64,000 bases of DNA from Candidatus Latescibacterota bacterium (GTDB lineage Bacteria; Latescibacterota; UBA2968; GCA-2709665), in assembly GCA_965226795.1 (NCBI GenBank), contig CBDDDZ010000003.1, positions 32,001 to 96,000 of the forward strand, in the 5' to 3' direction. The position numbers and the translations under genes were made by a program. Below the pieces are notes generated by a model, which had not been told where the DNA came from, did no database searches, and saw only the letters and a program-made list of their open reading frames with translations. Positions 1-9,844 of this stretch are shown in pieces; within the stretch, counting starts at the first letter, position 1, and every line of letters starts with the position of its first letter.

Positions 1-664
<664 letters not shown>

Positions 665-825
665 TCTCAGCGGGTGCTCGCAACGGCGGCCTTCGAGCAT
701 CCGAGATCGGCGCAGATTGAAGGGCGTCAGTCGACAACGTGCCATTGACGTAGAGCAATTCGTCCCGAAGCCGCACTTCGGCCTGCAGTGCATACTCGAT
801 GAAGGTAGTAGAAGAAAGGACCACG

Positions 826-1299
826 ATGGCAATCACGCTGGGGGCAGGCGATGTTGCCCCGGATTTCGCGCTCGCCGACCAGGACGGCAATATCCATTCG
901 CTGGCCGAATACAGGGGCCGGACGGTCGTCCTCTACTTCTATCCGCGCGATGAGACCCCGGGTTGTACGACTCAGGCCTGCTCTTTTCGGGATGGTCACG
1001 CCGAAATCCTGGCCGAGGGTGCAATCGTGCTCGGTGTTTCGAGAGACGACGCCGATTCGCACCGGGCTTTCCGCGAACGCCACCGGCTGCCGTTTCCCCT
1101 GCTGGTAGATGCCGAAGCCACCGTCTCCGAGCGCTATGGCGCCTGGGGTGAGAAAGTCCTCTATGGTCGTCGGTTCCAGGGAATGACGCGGTCGACGTTC
1201 ATCATTGGCCCCAATGGAATACTGACCAGGGTTTGGAAACGGGCCAGGCCCGCCGAGCACGGCGCGGCGGTGCTAAAGGCGCTGCGCGAGTCCGCTTAA
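826..1299 (+). CDS. bcp: Thioredoxin-dependent thiol peroxidase (BCP/PrxQ)
   Basis: APDFAL, VVLYFYPRDETPGCTTQACSFRD, RSTFIIG; AAAGGA RBS before ATG 826. Confidence 0.95.
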   Translation: MAITLGAGDVAPDFALADQDGNIHSLAEYRGRTVVLYFYPRDETPGCTTQACSFRDGHAEILAEGAIVLGVSRDDADSHRAFRERHRLPFPLLVDAEATVSERYGAWGEKVLYGRRFQGMTRSTFIIGPNGILTRVWKRARPAEHGAAVLKALRESA

Positions 1300-1348
1300 G
1301 CTCTTTGCGTTGGCCGGCACACGAACTTCGCGCCGGGTTCGAGCTTAG

Positions 1349-1374
1349 CCTGATCAATTCATGAATTGTCACGG
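1349..1374 (+). mobile_element. Orphan IS1380-type right end
   Basis: CCTGATCAATTCATGAATTGTCACGG matches the reverse complement of 9813-9838 at 23/26 nt; preceded by TTAG. Confidence 0.7.
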
Positions 1375-1456
1375 TTAGCTGGTTTATTCGCGAATCAATC
1401 ATTTCCACCGCCGCACAATGGCTTTTCTGGATCCGCGAGCCGTCGCGGAAGCGTGT

Positions 1457-1725
1457 TTGAAGGTGGGGTAGACATTCCTGTCTGCCCTTCTCGTGTTTAC
1501 GCAGCAGGAGAGGGACATTTCGTTCGACTCCCCCTCTCCTCGCAGGAGAGGGGGCCGGGGGGAGAGGTCCTTCTGCCGGAATGCTGACAGAAGTGATCCA
1601 ATAGATAGCGCCATCGTTTGCCCGTGGGGGAGACGGCGGCGCGTCGTGGTGTGTCCGGACACAGGATTCCGAGGTTCCGGTTTGATGTATGTGAGCAGAC
1701 AAGAATGTCCGCTCCACCCTTTCAA
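1457..1725. repeat. REPIN-like unit: inverted REP pair enclosing a second palindromic REP
   Basis: GGTGGGGTAGACATTCCTGTCTGCCC (1462-1487) is inverted with GAGCAGACAAGAATGTCCGCTCCACC (1693-1718); internal CCCCTCTCCT-CGC-AGGAGAGGGG hairpin whose 26-nt arm recurs identically at 36189-36214. Confidence 0.7.
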
Positions 1726-2015
1726 GCTCTCGTTCGATGTTTACATCACAGCCTATCAGGCTGCTCTCTTCGAAAATCCATCATCTCCACGACCGCACAA
1801 TGGCTTGTAGAACCGTTGAGGAAGTGGATGTGAGCCCTTTCAAGCCTTTTTTCGAGGTATCGCTTGAGCGCGTCATCCATCTGTGACAGATCGCCTGTAC
1901 TGGCATCCACTTCCCGAAACCGCAAGGCGCCACTGTCACCGACCTGCTTGCGGTGACGCACATGCTGGCTGGTCAGGACGCGACCGTCGAAGGCGCCTTC
2001 CATATTCCTGGCGCA

Positions 2016-2044
2016 TTGACTTGGAAGTGCGACCCTGTCATAAT
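2016..2044 (+). promoter_or_regulatory. Sigma70-like promoter
   Basis: TTGACT-17 bp-CATAAT with extended TGn; GGAGG upstream of ATG 2095. Confidence 0.6.
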
Positions 2045-2094
2045 TACACTGCCATAGAGAATGACCCCGTCACTGGAGGAAGGGGCATTCGACT

Positions 2095-2334
2095 ATGATT
2101 GAATGGCTTGGTATCGGCCACCTTTTCGAGCTTTCCCGGACGGAAGCGATTGCGGGGTTTTTCACCCCGCTGGTGATCTTCGCCGTGTTTTTCCTGGCGC
2201 AGCTCATACTGCCTGGAAAGTGGGTCCCCGGCTACGTCATCAATCCGAAGACCAGCGAGCCCCGCACCTATCGGCTGAACGGTATTCTGGTATTTGCAAT
2301 CGCGCTGATCGTGTGGGCGTTCGAGCTCACCGGG
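2095..2334 (+). pseudogene. N-terminal fragment of an ERG4/ERG24 (sterol reductase/LBR-like) membrane protein
   Basis: TM helix, then ILPGKWVPGY...RTYRLNG resembling the ERG24 LPG-x-V-x-G...Y-RLNG motif; similarity stops after about 80 codons and the frame runs into a MITE. Confidence 0.6.
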
Positions 2335-2400
2335 CTGACGTGCGGTCCACACGGACGCGTCGCGGGCGTGGACCGACGGGGAGTCGTCTGCCGTACTCTA

Positions 2401-2590
2401 ATGTTCTGGCCCGGAAATAGATTGCCAAAATTCGGCCGATCAGAAGCAGCAAAAACAGCTATCAGCCGTCAGCTTGAACCAAAAACCCAATCAGTTGACA
2501 TCAGCGCCGTGAAGAGACGAGACCAGAACGGGCGCAGCGAGACGGGATGAACCGGCGGGATAATAGTGAGATATTTTCGGGTTAGAACAT
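2401..2590 (+). mobile_element. MITE, probably IS630-derived (copy 1)
   Basis: TA|ATGTTCTGGCCCGGAAATA ... TATTTTCGGGTTAGAACAT terminal inverted repeats; homologous to 62569-62752 and 36213-36337. Confidence 0.7.
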
Positions 2591-2600
2591 TGGGACTGCC

Positions 2601-3506
2601 TTGATGATAAGGCTTTTTTTTGTCACCATTGTGGCGTTGTCAAGCATGTTTTCCTGTTCAGGAAATGACGACATGCCACTCGATGCACCCGCAACAACTG
2701 GTCTATTTGCACAAACACTTTCAAATAATGGTATGACGAGACAATATATCTTGTATGTGCCTGATTTTCACGATGAAGCTTCGGCAGTTCCCCTGATGCT
2801 TAACTTTCACGGATATGGTCAGACTGCAGACCAATATTTGAATTTCGCAGATATGCGGTCTTTGGCAGATACGGAAAAATTTATTCTGGTTTATCCTCAA
2901 GGCACCCTGCTGGATGGAGACCCGCACTGGAATGCCGGCTTAGAATCAGATACCAACAAGAGTAATGCGGATGATTTTGGCTTTGTGGAAGCACTGATCA
3001 ATGAAATTTCCTCGAATTACAAGATTGACCCGGCAAGAGTATATTCCTGTGGTTTCTCAAACGGCGCTTTCTTTACGTATGCACTTGCCTGCTATCATAG
3101 CGATAAAATAGCGGCAATAGGTTCTGTTGCCGGAACGATGATGGAGGAAACATATAACAACTGTAACCCATCACACCCTACGGCCATGATAAATATTCAT
3201 GGTACATCAGACGCCTATGTCCCCTATGGCGGGTGGAATGAAGGATTGAAATCAATTGACGACGTGCTTGCTTATTGGACAGGTTTCAATAATACCAGTG
3301 CTACTCCCACAGTAAATCGCATAAATGATGGTGCAACAACAATCGAACGCTATTCTTATACAGATGGCGACGACAATATTTCTGTTGAGCACTATAAGGT
3401 TATCGACGGAGGACATGTCTGGTTTGATATCAGCTACGACGGCTCTGATACAAGTGCTTTAGTCTGGAATTTTGTGTCAAGATATGACATAAATGGATTG
3501 AGGTAA
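2601..3506 (+). CDS. PHB depolymerase/LpqP-family esterase, putative lipoprotein
   Basis: LNFHGYG, YPQG, DDFGFV, GFSNG nucleophile elbow, HGTSD, GGHVW; lipobox-like MFSC; AT-rich relative to the window. Confidence 0.85.
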   Translation: MMIRLFFVTIVALSSMFSCSGNDDMPLDAPATTGLFAQTLSNNGMTRQYILYVPDFHDEASAVPLMLNFHGYGQTADQYLNFADMRSLADTEKFILVYPQGTLLDGDPHWNAGLESDTNKSNADDFGFVEALINEISSNYKIDPARVYSCGFSNGAFFTYALACYHSDKIAAIGSVAGTMMEETYNNCNPSHPTAMINIHGTSDAYVPYGGWNEGLKSIDDVLAYWTGFNNTSATPTVNRINDGATTIERYSYTDGDDNISVEHYKVIDGGHVWFDISYDGSDTSALVWNFVSRYDINGLR

Positions 3507-3706
3507 TTCGACGGGATCCAGGCATACCCCTCCAATGCCAACGTGGGCGGCCTGCTCCGCAGCCGCCCACGACAATAATACGCCGGGGACCGAATTCAAA
3601 CACCAAGTTCCCTATATGGATCCAACCATCGACATCAAGGGCATCCAGAAATTCCACTTGCTATACTTTTCCCGGATACGACAGGCGTCGCGGGTATACA
3701 TCGACT

Positions 3707-4444
3707 TCAATGCTTATATGCCACATGTCGATCTTCGTATTTTCCCTTTAGAAACCTTTCCGGATTCAGTTTTTCCGGCAAATAATGCCAGGCCGTACTA
3801 TAGCGCGTGCGATTGCTGTGGTTATCATACGCACCGTGCAAGAGACTGGCGGAAAACAGAACAACCGTGCCAGCGGGAATGACCAGATCCACAGCCCGCG
3901 ATTCATCGACCTCCGTCCAACTGCCATGCCTGCCTGGATTTTTGCGGTACTCGACAATCTTGCCTATCCGGTGGCTGCCGGGCACCACCCGCAAACACCC
4001 ATTCTCCACATCTAAATCTTCCAGATAAATTCCGCAACTGACAATGCGATCCGTATCGGTGCCAAAATAATAATTATCCTGATGCCAGCTCGTTGACGTG
4101 CCGCCGTTGGGCAACTTCGGAAAAAACTTGGTGCCAAACACATCGATATTTTCACCAATCAATACTGCGACGCGGTCTAAAATCGCCGGTTCACGCGCCA
4201 GTTTCAACACGCGGGCATCGACCACGCAAACCCCCTGAACTTTGTGCAACAAACCCGCCCGGGGTTTACCGCGTTCGTCCAACTCGAGCGCCCAGTGCGG
4301 CGTCTCCTCGGTCATTTTACGCCCCTCTGCGACCAGTTCATCAAACACGCGCTTGTAATGGGCCAACCGCTCGCCTTGTATCAGGGCTTCAAAAACGAGA
4401 TACCCATCTTCTCGAAACTGCCGGTCCTGTTCGTCAGTTAACAT
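3707..4444 (-). CDS. Phytanoyl-CoA dioxygenase (PhyH) family Fe/2OG oxygenase
   Basis: QFREDGYL, WHQD, ENGCLRVVPGSH, LLHGA..N.S..R. Confidence 0.93.
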   Translation of the reverse strand: MLTDEQDRQFREDGYLVFEALIQGERLAHYKRVFDELVAEGRKMTEETPHWALELDERGKPRAGLLHKVQGVCVVDARVLKLAREPAILDRVAVLIGENIDVFGTKFFPKLPNGGTSTSWHQDNYYFGTDTDRIVSCGIYLEDLDVENGCLRVVPGSHRIGKIVEYRKNPGRHGSWTEVDESRAVDLVIPAGTVVLFSASLLHGAYDNHSNRTRYSTAWHYLPEKLNPERFLKGKYEDRHVAYKH

Positions 4445-4656
4445 TAAGACCTCCTCAAATTCGCTCGGCTACTTCGGTCGCGCAAACGCGACCAGGGGTG
4501 ATTACGCCAACCAGTAGCCAGACATAGGACCTTTTTTTGGCTATATTAAGCCGGGAATCAAGGGTACGAGCGCTTGAACGCGCCCCGGCCGGGGACTTGC
4601 CCTATACGCTGACATTTCGGACGTTAACTTAGGTAAGATCAGAAAGGAAAAGACCG

Positions 4657-5394
4657 GTGTCAAGAATCGAACCCGCATCCCGACTAACCCGCCTGAATGG
4701 TGCCAGGATCGGACTCCTGGACCCGGGAAAGCGTACTGCGGGAGCCGTTCTCAAGGCAGTTGGTGAGCGGCTCGCGGCAGAGTACGACGCGAATGTGGTC
4801 GGACCCTGGAGAAAGTCATCGCCCTACCGCGTCTGCTCAAAGAAGCTTCTGGAGGAGATCGTTCCACATTGCGACGGGCTTGTCATGGGGGTCGTGGATT
4901 GATGTGGCGCCAGTTCGTGCAGTTTGCACGATATGCTGGAGTTCGAGTTGAGAGGCATACCGACCGCCTACATCACGGCCGCAGGAAGGGTTCCAATGGT
5001 CGAACGCGATGGTGATGGCTTCAGCCTTTCACATGCAACAGGAAACTACCTGGTTGAAGGATGGGAGGACTCCGGACCGCAGTCAGACGAGGTCCATCGC
5101 AGGCTGATTCACTTCGGAGTACACCGCAGGATGAGGATGAGCGATGTGAAGGAGGGGGATCGGGTTCGCTACGGCGGTAAGGACCTGCGATGGGAGTATC
5201 CTCGAATGGAGCTGGAAGCCAGAATCAGGCCTGCCGGAGCCGGCGCCTGGTCGAGCACCTTTGACGGCGTCGCAGGCTACAGGAATATCGAACTGCGCGC
5301 GACCGCTGCACCCGTGGAAGGCGATGAATTCGATGAAAGCGTGGAAGAGGCCGTCCCACAGGTGGTGTCGATTTTGACGGGTGGGAGGGCGTGA
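4657..5394 (+). CDS. Probable UGSC-family selenoprotein (Sec at TGA 4900-4902), 245 aa
   Basis: ORFs 4657-4902 and 4924-5394 are in frame; read-through gives GVVD-U-CGASSCSLHDMLEFELRGIPTA; N-terminal RLTRLNGARIGLLDPGK; AAAGGA RBS; SECIS-like hairpin. Confidence 0.8.
4910..4939 (+). promoter_or_regulatory. Putative bacterial SECIS element
   Basis: CCAG-T-TCGTGCA-GTT-TGCACGA-TATG-CTGG; perfect 7-bp apical stem; loop starts GU after a 19-nt spacer from the UGA. Confidence 0.7.
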
Positions 5395-5401
5395 GTTCAC
5401 G

Positions 5402-5580
5402 ATCCGCCGTCGCAGTCTCGACACCAACAACCTCCTCGAAAAACCGAACCGATGACGCACGATCCGTGTTCAGATGCTCCGACCAGGCAAACGCGCCTCC
5501 CTCCGACATAACTCCGCATCCCACGAACTCGTCGGGCTCCCACAGCGTCGTCACACAACCAGTCGGGTCCGCGAAGACAG
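5402..5580 (-). pseudogene. Internal fragment of a two-domain VOC/glyoxalase (CFP32-like) protein
   Basis: VFADPTGCVTTLWEP...GVMSEGGAFAWSEHLNTDRASSVRFFEEVVG; lacks both termini. Confidence 0.6.
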
Positions 5581-6037
5581 GCGCACGCATTAGCATGTGC
5601 ATGCCCCCCGTTTTCGCTCGGCGATGGAAATGGCAATGGCCGCCACTTGCCTGCTCGAGGCGGATCTGCCGGTACAGACCCGCAACTCCTGATGTCGTGC
5701 ATGCAAGCAGACCACCCTCACCATCTAGCTCTGCAGCCAAACGCTGGCCGCCCCCTACTTGGCGAACGAAGGCGTCTTGGCTCTTCAACAGCTTCAGCAG
5801 GGAAGGCCCGCGGCATGCTCTCGACCATCGGTTTCGCATCAAGAATGGGCACGCCTTGCTTCGGCCCTTCTTCGTTTTCTTGCTCAACGGTCGCACATCT
5901 GTGTCATCGCCTCCGACCCGGCAGCGGCAACGCGGGCCGACGACCCCACGCCCACTAAGCTGACAGCGCGGCGCCGGTCACTCCTCGACGACGACACGTG
6001 CGCGGACCGAGGCACAGCTCTCAACCGCTTCCGCGCC

Positions 6038-6688
6038 TTACTGTATTTGCTCGCCAGTCGGTTGTACTATGGCGACTCGCATACCACGCACGAGCCACGG
6101 GTCCCTGCGTTGGCCACGGTTAATCGCCAAATCGCTCTTCGCGTGCAGGCCCGCGTACCACTCCGCGAACTGTCGAACCGGAATCCCGTTCCCCGGCTCC
6201 AACTCCTCTACCCCTCGGAGTTCATACTCCGGATTTATGGACGCCAGCCGCCGTTCGCAGCGCACGGTCCTGGTCTGATACGTGCCGAACGGGTCCGTTC
6301 CACTCATGGATCCCACCGGCAGAAACCATGTATCGCGGAGCAGACAGGGCACACAACGCTGCAGCTTCGCGGGAAGCACGTAGTACGGCAGAACGTAGAA
6401 CACGTTCCCCGTCGACCCTGCTGCGAGTGCAGACAGCTTCTCATGCTGTCGGCGCTGGATCGTGAACCTGTAGGGCTCACCTTCTTGACGCCCCTTCGGT
6501 GCCTTGAACTGAAACGCGAAGATCCTCGTCTTCGGCGACAGCTGGGCAAAGAAATCCGCGCCCTCCTGACTTTCCTCGCGTTGAGTGAGACCCCTTAGAT
6601 ATGTCTTCGGCATCCTCCACCGCCCGCGTAGCAGCGCCAGCAGTTCCGCGCCCACATTCAGCTCCAGCGACTTTTCCGAGACCTTCAT
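6038..6688 (-). CDS. Hypothetical protein, PD-(D/E)xK nuclease-like
   Basis: GGAGG RBS; SEKSLE...EESQEGADFF...AFQFKAP pattern. Confidence 0.6.
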   Translation of the reverse strand: MKVSEKSLELNVGAELLALLRGRWRMPKTYLRGLTQREESQEGADFFAQLSPKTRIFAFQFKAPKGRQEGEPYRFTIQRRQHEKLSALAAGSTGNVFYVLPYYVLPAKLQRCVPCLLRDTWFLPVGSMSGTDPFGTYQTRTVRCERRLASINPEYELRGVEELEPGNGIPVRQFAEWYAGLHAKSDLAINRGQRRDPWLVRGMRVAIVQPTGEQIQ

Positions 6689-6733
6689 TCAGTCAACGTT
6701 CCTCCACCAGCAACACCTGGCTCAACGATTACC

Positions 6734-8130
6734 TCACTTCCCCACGATCACCAATTCCTCCCAATTGCTGGGCGGGCCTTCCTTCAACAGCTTGAACAGC
6801 GTCCTTGCCGCGAGGTCGAACCCTGTGTGGAACCATTCGCGGTATCTCCCCGCTGATGCCTTTCGCTTCCCTTTGTGCACGATTTCCGACCGTACCCCGT
6901 AGAACCCCTTGACTGATTCCATGACCCGAAGCCGTTCTTCCGCATCCCGGCCCAGAAACCACGATGACCGGGTGCGCATCTTGTGGGATATCTCGCCGCC
7001 GCCCAGCTCATACATCCGCTCCAGGGCGATGGCGACGTCCAGGATCTTGTCTTCCGCCGCAAACCGTCCGTCCCTCGCAAGCGCTTCGGCGAGTCGTGCC
7101 ACAACCGGCGCCAGCTTAACGTAACGCTGGCCTTTCCGTTCGCCATACGCAGTTTTCGCGTCCGCGACCGCCTCTGGCCGGGGCTCCGGGGGTTTTTCAA
7201 AAGGATCGAACCGATGGACTGGACGGCCCGATTGCACCCCTCGCATGATTGTGCGCCTGTCCGAGCAGGTGACAGGCGGATCGGCTCAGACACTCGCGAA
7301 CCGCCGCAAGACACACGATCGGCACCCGATGCGATACCGCCAGCAATTCCAGAAACTCCAGTGCATCCGGCACGAACGGTCTGGGAGGCACCGCATCCGT
7401 CTCCGTCGGGTCGCCCCTCCGGTGGAACACCGGCCGCCACCGGAAGGGTTTCACAACCGCCCCGACCAGCCGCCAATCCCGATACCTGATGACGTCCGGC
7501 GCCATGTCCTTCAGCACCTCTTCGTCTACGAAGGCCCGCACCTGCTCAAACGGCAGCATTGCGAGCCCGCCTCCGATGTCGATTTCCTCTTCCAGGCACA
7601 GGCCATGGAACAGCACCACGTGGTATGCGATGTTGAGATCGCCCGGCACAGCCGAGGCGTCTCCGCCACTGGCAGAGTCGAGCATGGCGTGTAACTCTCC
7701 TGCGGCTTCGTGGAAACCGTCCCCCGGCAGTTCGTTTGCGCGCGCCATCAGCCCGCCGATCAGGTCCGTGAGCGACGTCGAGTTGCCATGACCGCGGGAT
7801 CTGAACCCAGAAATCATCGTTGTTGATGAGTGGACCCACGGCGCGCCACAGCGTGGGATGCGATCTCAGGACGGTGCGAACCGGGTCTATCGCCGCGCGT
7901 AGCGGCGCGTAGTTCTCGCTCTCGCCGAAGCCCTGAACCGCTTTGGCATAGAGCATTCGCAGATCGTCCAGTGGAAACGGCGTCTCGTCCCGGCCATTGA
8001 CGATGACCTGCTTGCGCGGATTGTGCTGCCAAATTTCCTTCAGGAACGGCTCCTGGGCCTTTGACAACCCGGGAAGCGCTCGCGCGAGCCGCTCGATCCA
8101 GACTCCGGCTTCGAATTCCTCGGACTTCAT
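6734..8130 (-). pseudogene. ApeA-like HEPN domain protein split by two frameshifts
   Basis: Three overlapping ORFs join at about 7795 and 7243; C-terminal IALERMY...FYGVRSEIVHKG carries the HEPN RxxxxH motif. Confidence 0.7.
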
Positions 8131-8141
8131 GCGCACCCTAG

Positions 8142-9838
8142 CCTGAAAAATTCACAAAAAAGGTAGTTTCCTTACCCAAGTCATTGTATTATATTGTGGT
8201 TACGCAAATAACCATAACACAATGAAACAGGAGGAAACTACCGTGGGAGTTCAAGATACACATCACAGGGTGTCTTTCGCAAGTCTTTCTGGTAAGCCGG
8301 TAGAAGCCACCTTCGACGGAGGCATCCTGACCAGCGACAGCGGGGTGATGCTGCTTCGTGAGGTGGAGGCCAGAACCGGGATTTTGCATAGGATGGTTGC
8401 GGCGCTCACGGATCGTCGACATCAAAGTTACGTACATCATCAGATGATGGATCTGGTCAAACAACGTGTGTTTCAGATGGCCTGTGGATATGAGGACGCG
8501 AACGATTGCAATACGTTGCGCGAGGATCCCGGCTTCAAGGCGGCCTGTGATCGGTTGCCGCTTTCCGGTGCGGATCTGGCCAGTCAACCCACGATGAGTC
8601 GGTTCGAGAACCGGATCAGCAGAACCGATTTGTATCGGATCGCCAAGGCCTTTGCGGATGTGTTTGTCGCCTCGTATGAGGAACCGCCCGAAGCCATTCT
8701 GTTGGATATCGATGACACGGAAGACAAGGTGTATGGGTCTCAACAGTTGTCGTTGTTCAATGCGTATTTCAATGGCTATTGCTACCAGCCCCTGCATATC
8801 TATGAAGGCCAGACGGGCAAGTTGATCACGACGGTCTTGCGTCCTGGCAGGCGGCCCACGGGTAAAGAGATCGTCACCATTCTCAAACGGGTGATCGCCT
8901 ACCTGCGCCGCGCCTGGCCCGACGTGGCGATCCTGTTGCGCGGCGATGCTCATTTTTCGTGTCCGGAAGTGCACGCGTTGTGTGAAGACCAGAATGTGTA
9001 TTTTGTCCTCGGACAAAACGGCAACGCCAAACTGCTGCGCTCGGCACAGTCCTTGATAGACCAGGCCAAAACGCTGTATGCCGCTTCGGGAAAACCCGTG
9101 CGCCTTTATCGCTGTTGGGACTATCAGGCGAAAACCTGGGCTTGTCCACAACGCATCATCTGCAAGGCGGAAGTCACCCCGCAAGGAGACAATATCCGAT
9201 TCGTGGTCACCAACCTAAAGCGCGCCCAACCGTCATTCATCTACAAAACCGCCTATTGCGCACGCGGCAGGATGGAAAACTTCATCAAGAATCACAAGAC
9301 CTTTCTCCATTCCGATCGCACCTCTTGTCACATCTTCCAGGCCAATCACTTCCGTCTCTTTCTCCACAGCGCCGCCTATGTCCTGATGCACGCCTTGGCA
9401 CAAACCGGGTTGCGCGGCACGAAGTGGACGAACGCACAGTTCAATACCCTGCAAAACCGTCTCTTGAAAGTCGCCGGGCGCGTTTGTGAGTTGAAAACAA
9501 AAATCAGGTTCCATCTGCCAACGGCGTTTCCACTCAAACACCTTTATCGCAAGATCCTCTACAACCTGGCAACGTGTGTTCCATAACGCATCGTCGAGCT
9601 GACCGCGCCTTCACGTTTGGACCGACACGACCAACAGCCACGGAGACGTCTGTGCTCTTGACAGCGGAATTCAGAGCAAGCTGACGCCACGGAGCAAACG
9701 TGCTGCCAGCAGGCGCCGCCGACACGGCCGGGACACGCCAAATCCGTCTCAGCCCGTGCTCTTTCGTTTCTCGTCTCACTCGGAAGCTCTTTCTGCTTCC
9801 TCATACTGCATTCCGTGACGATTCATGAATAGGTCAGG
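8142..9838 (+). mobile_element. IS1380-family insertion sequence, 1697 bp
   Basis: Ends CCTGAAAAATTCA / TGAATAGGTCAGG; CTAG directly flanks both sides (8138-8141, 9839-9842). Confidence 0.9.
8222..9586 (+). CDS. IS1380-family DDE transposase
   Basis: FDGGILTSDSG, GYEDANDC..LREDP, LASQPTMSRFEN, LDIDDT, LRGDAHF, YCARGRMENFIK. Confidence 0.96.
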   Translation: MKQEETTVGVQDTHHRVSFASLSGKPVEATFDGGILTSDSGVMLLREVEARTGILHRMVAALTDRRHQSYVHHQMMDLVKQRVFQMACGYEDANDCNTLREDPGFKAACDRLPLSGADLASQPTMSRFENRISRTDLYRIAKAFADVFVASYEEPPEAILLDIDDTEDKVYGSQQLSLFNAYFNGYCYQPLHIYEGQTGKLITTVLRPGRRPTGKEIVTILKRVIAYLRRAWPDVAILLRGDAHFSCPEVHALCEDQNVYFVLGQNGNAKLLRSAQSLIDQAKTLYAASGKPVRLYRCWDYQAKTWACPQRIICKAEVTPQGDNIRFVVTNLKRAQPSFIYKTAYCARGRMENFIKNHKTFLHSDRTSCHIFQANHFRLFLHSAAYVLMHALAQTGLRGTKWTNAQFNTLQNRLLKVAGRVCELKTKIRFHLPTAFPLKHLYRKILYNLATCVP

Positions 9839-9844
9839 CTAGAA

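Noticed and set aside
2095..2550. 151-aa ORF as an intact gene
   Set aside because: Only the first ~80 codons look like protein; the rest runs through a hairpin and MITE sequence
5391..6598. Plus-strand ORFs of 190 and 279 aa
   Set aside because: Low-complexity R/S/P-rich shadows of minus-strand genes and debris
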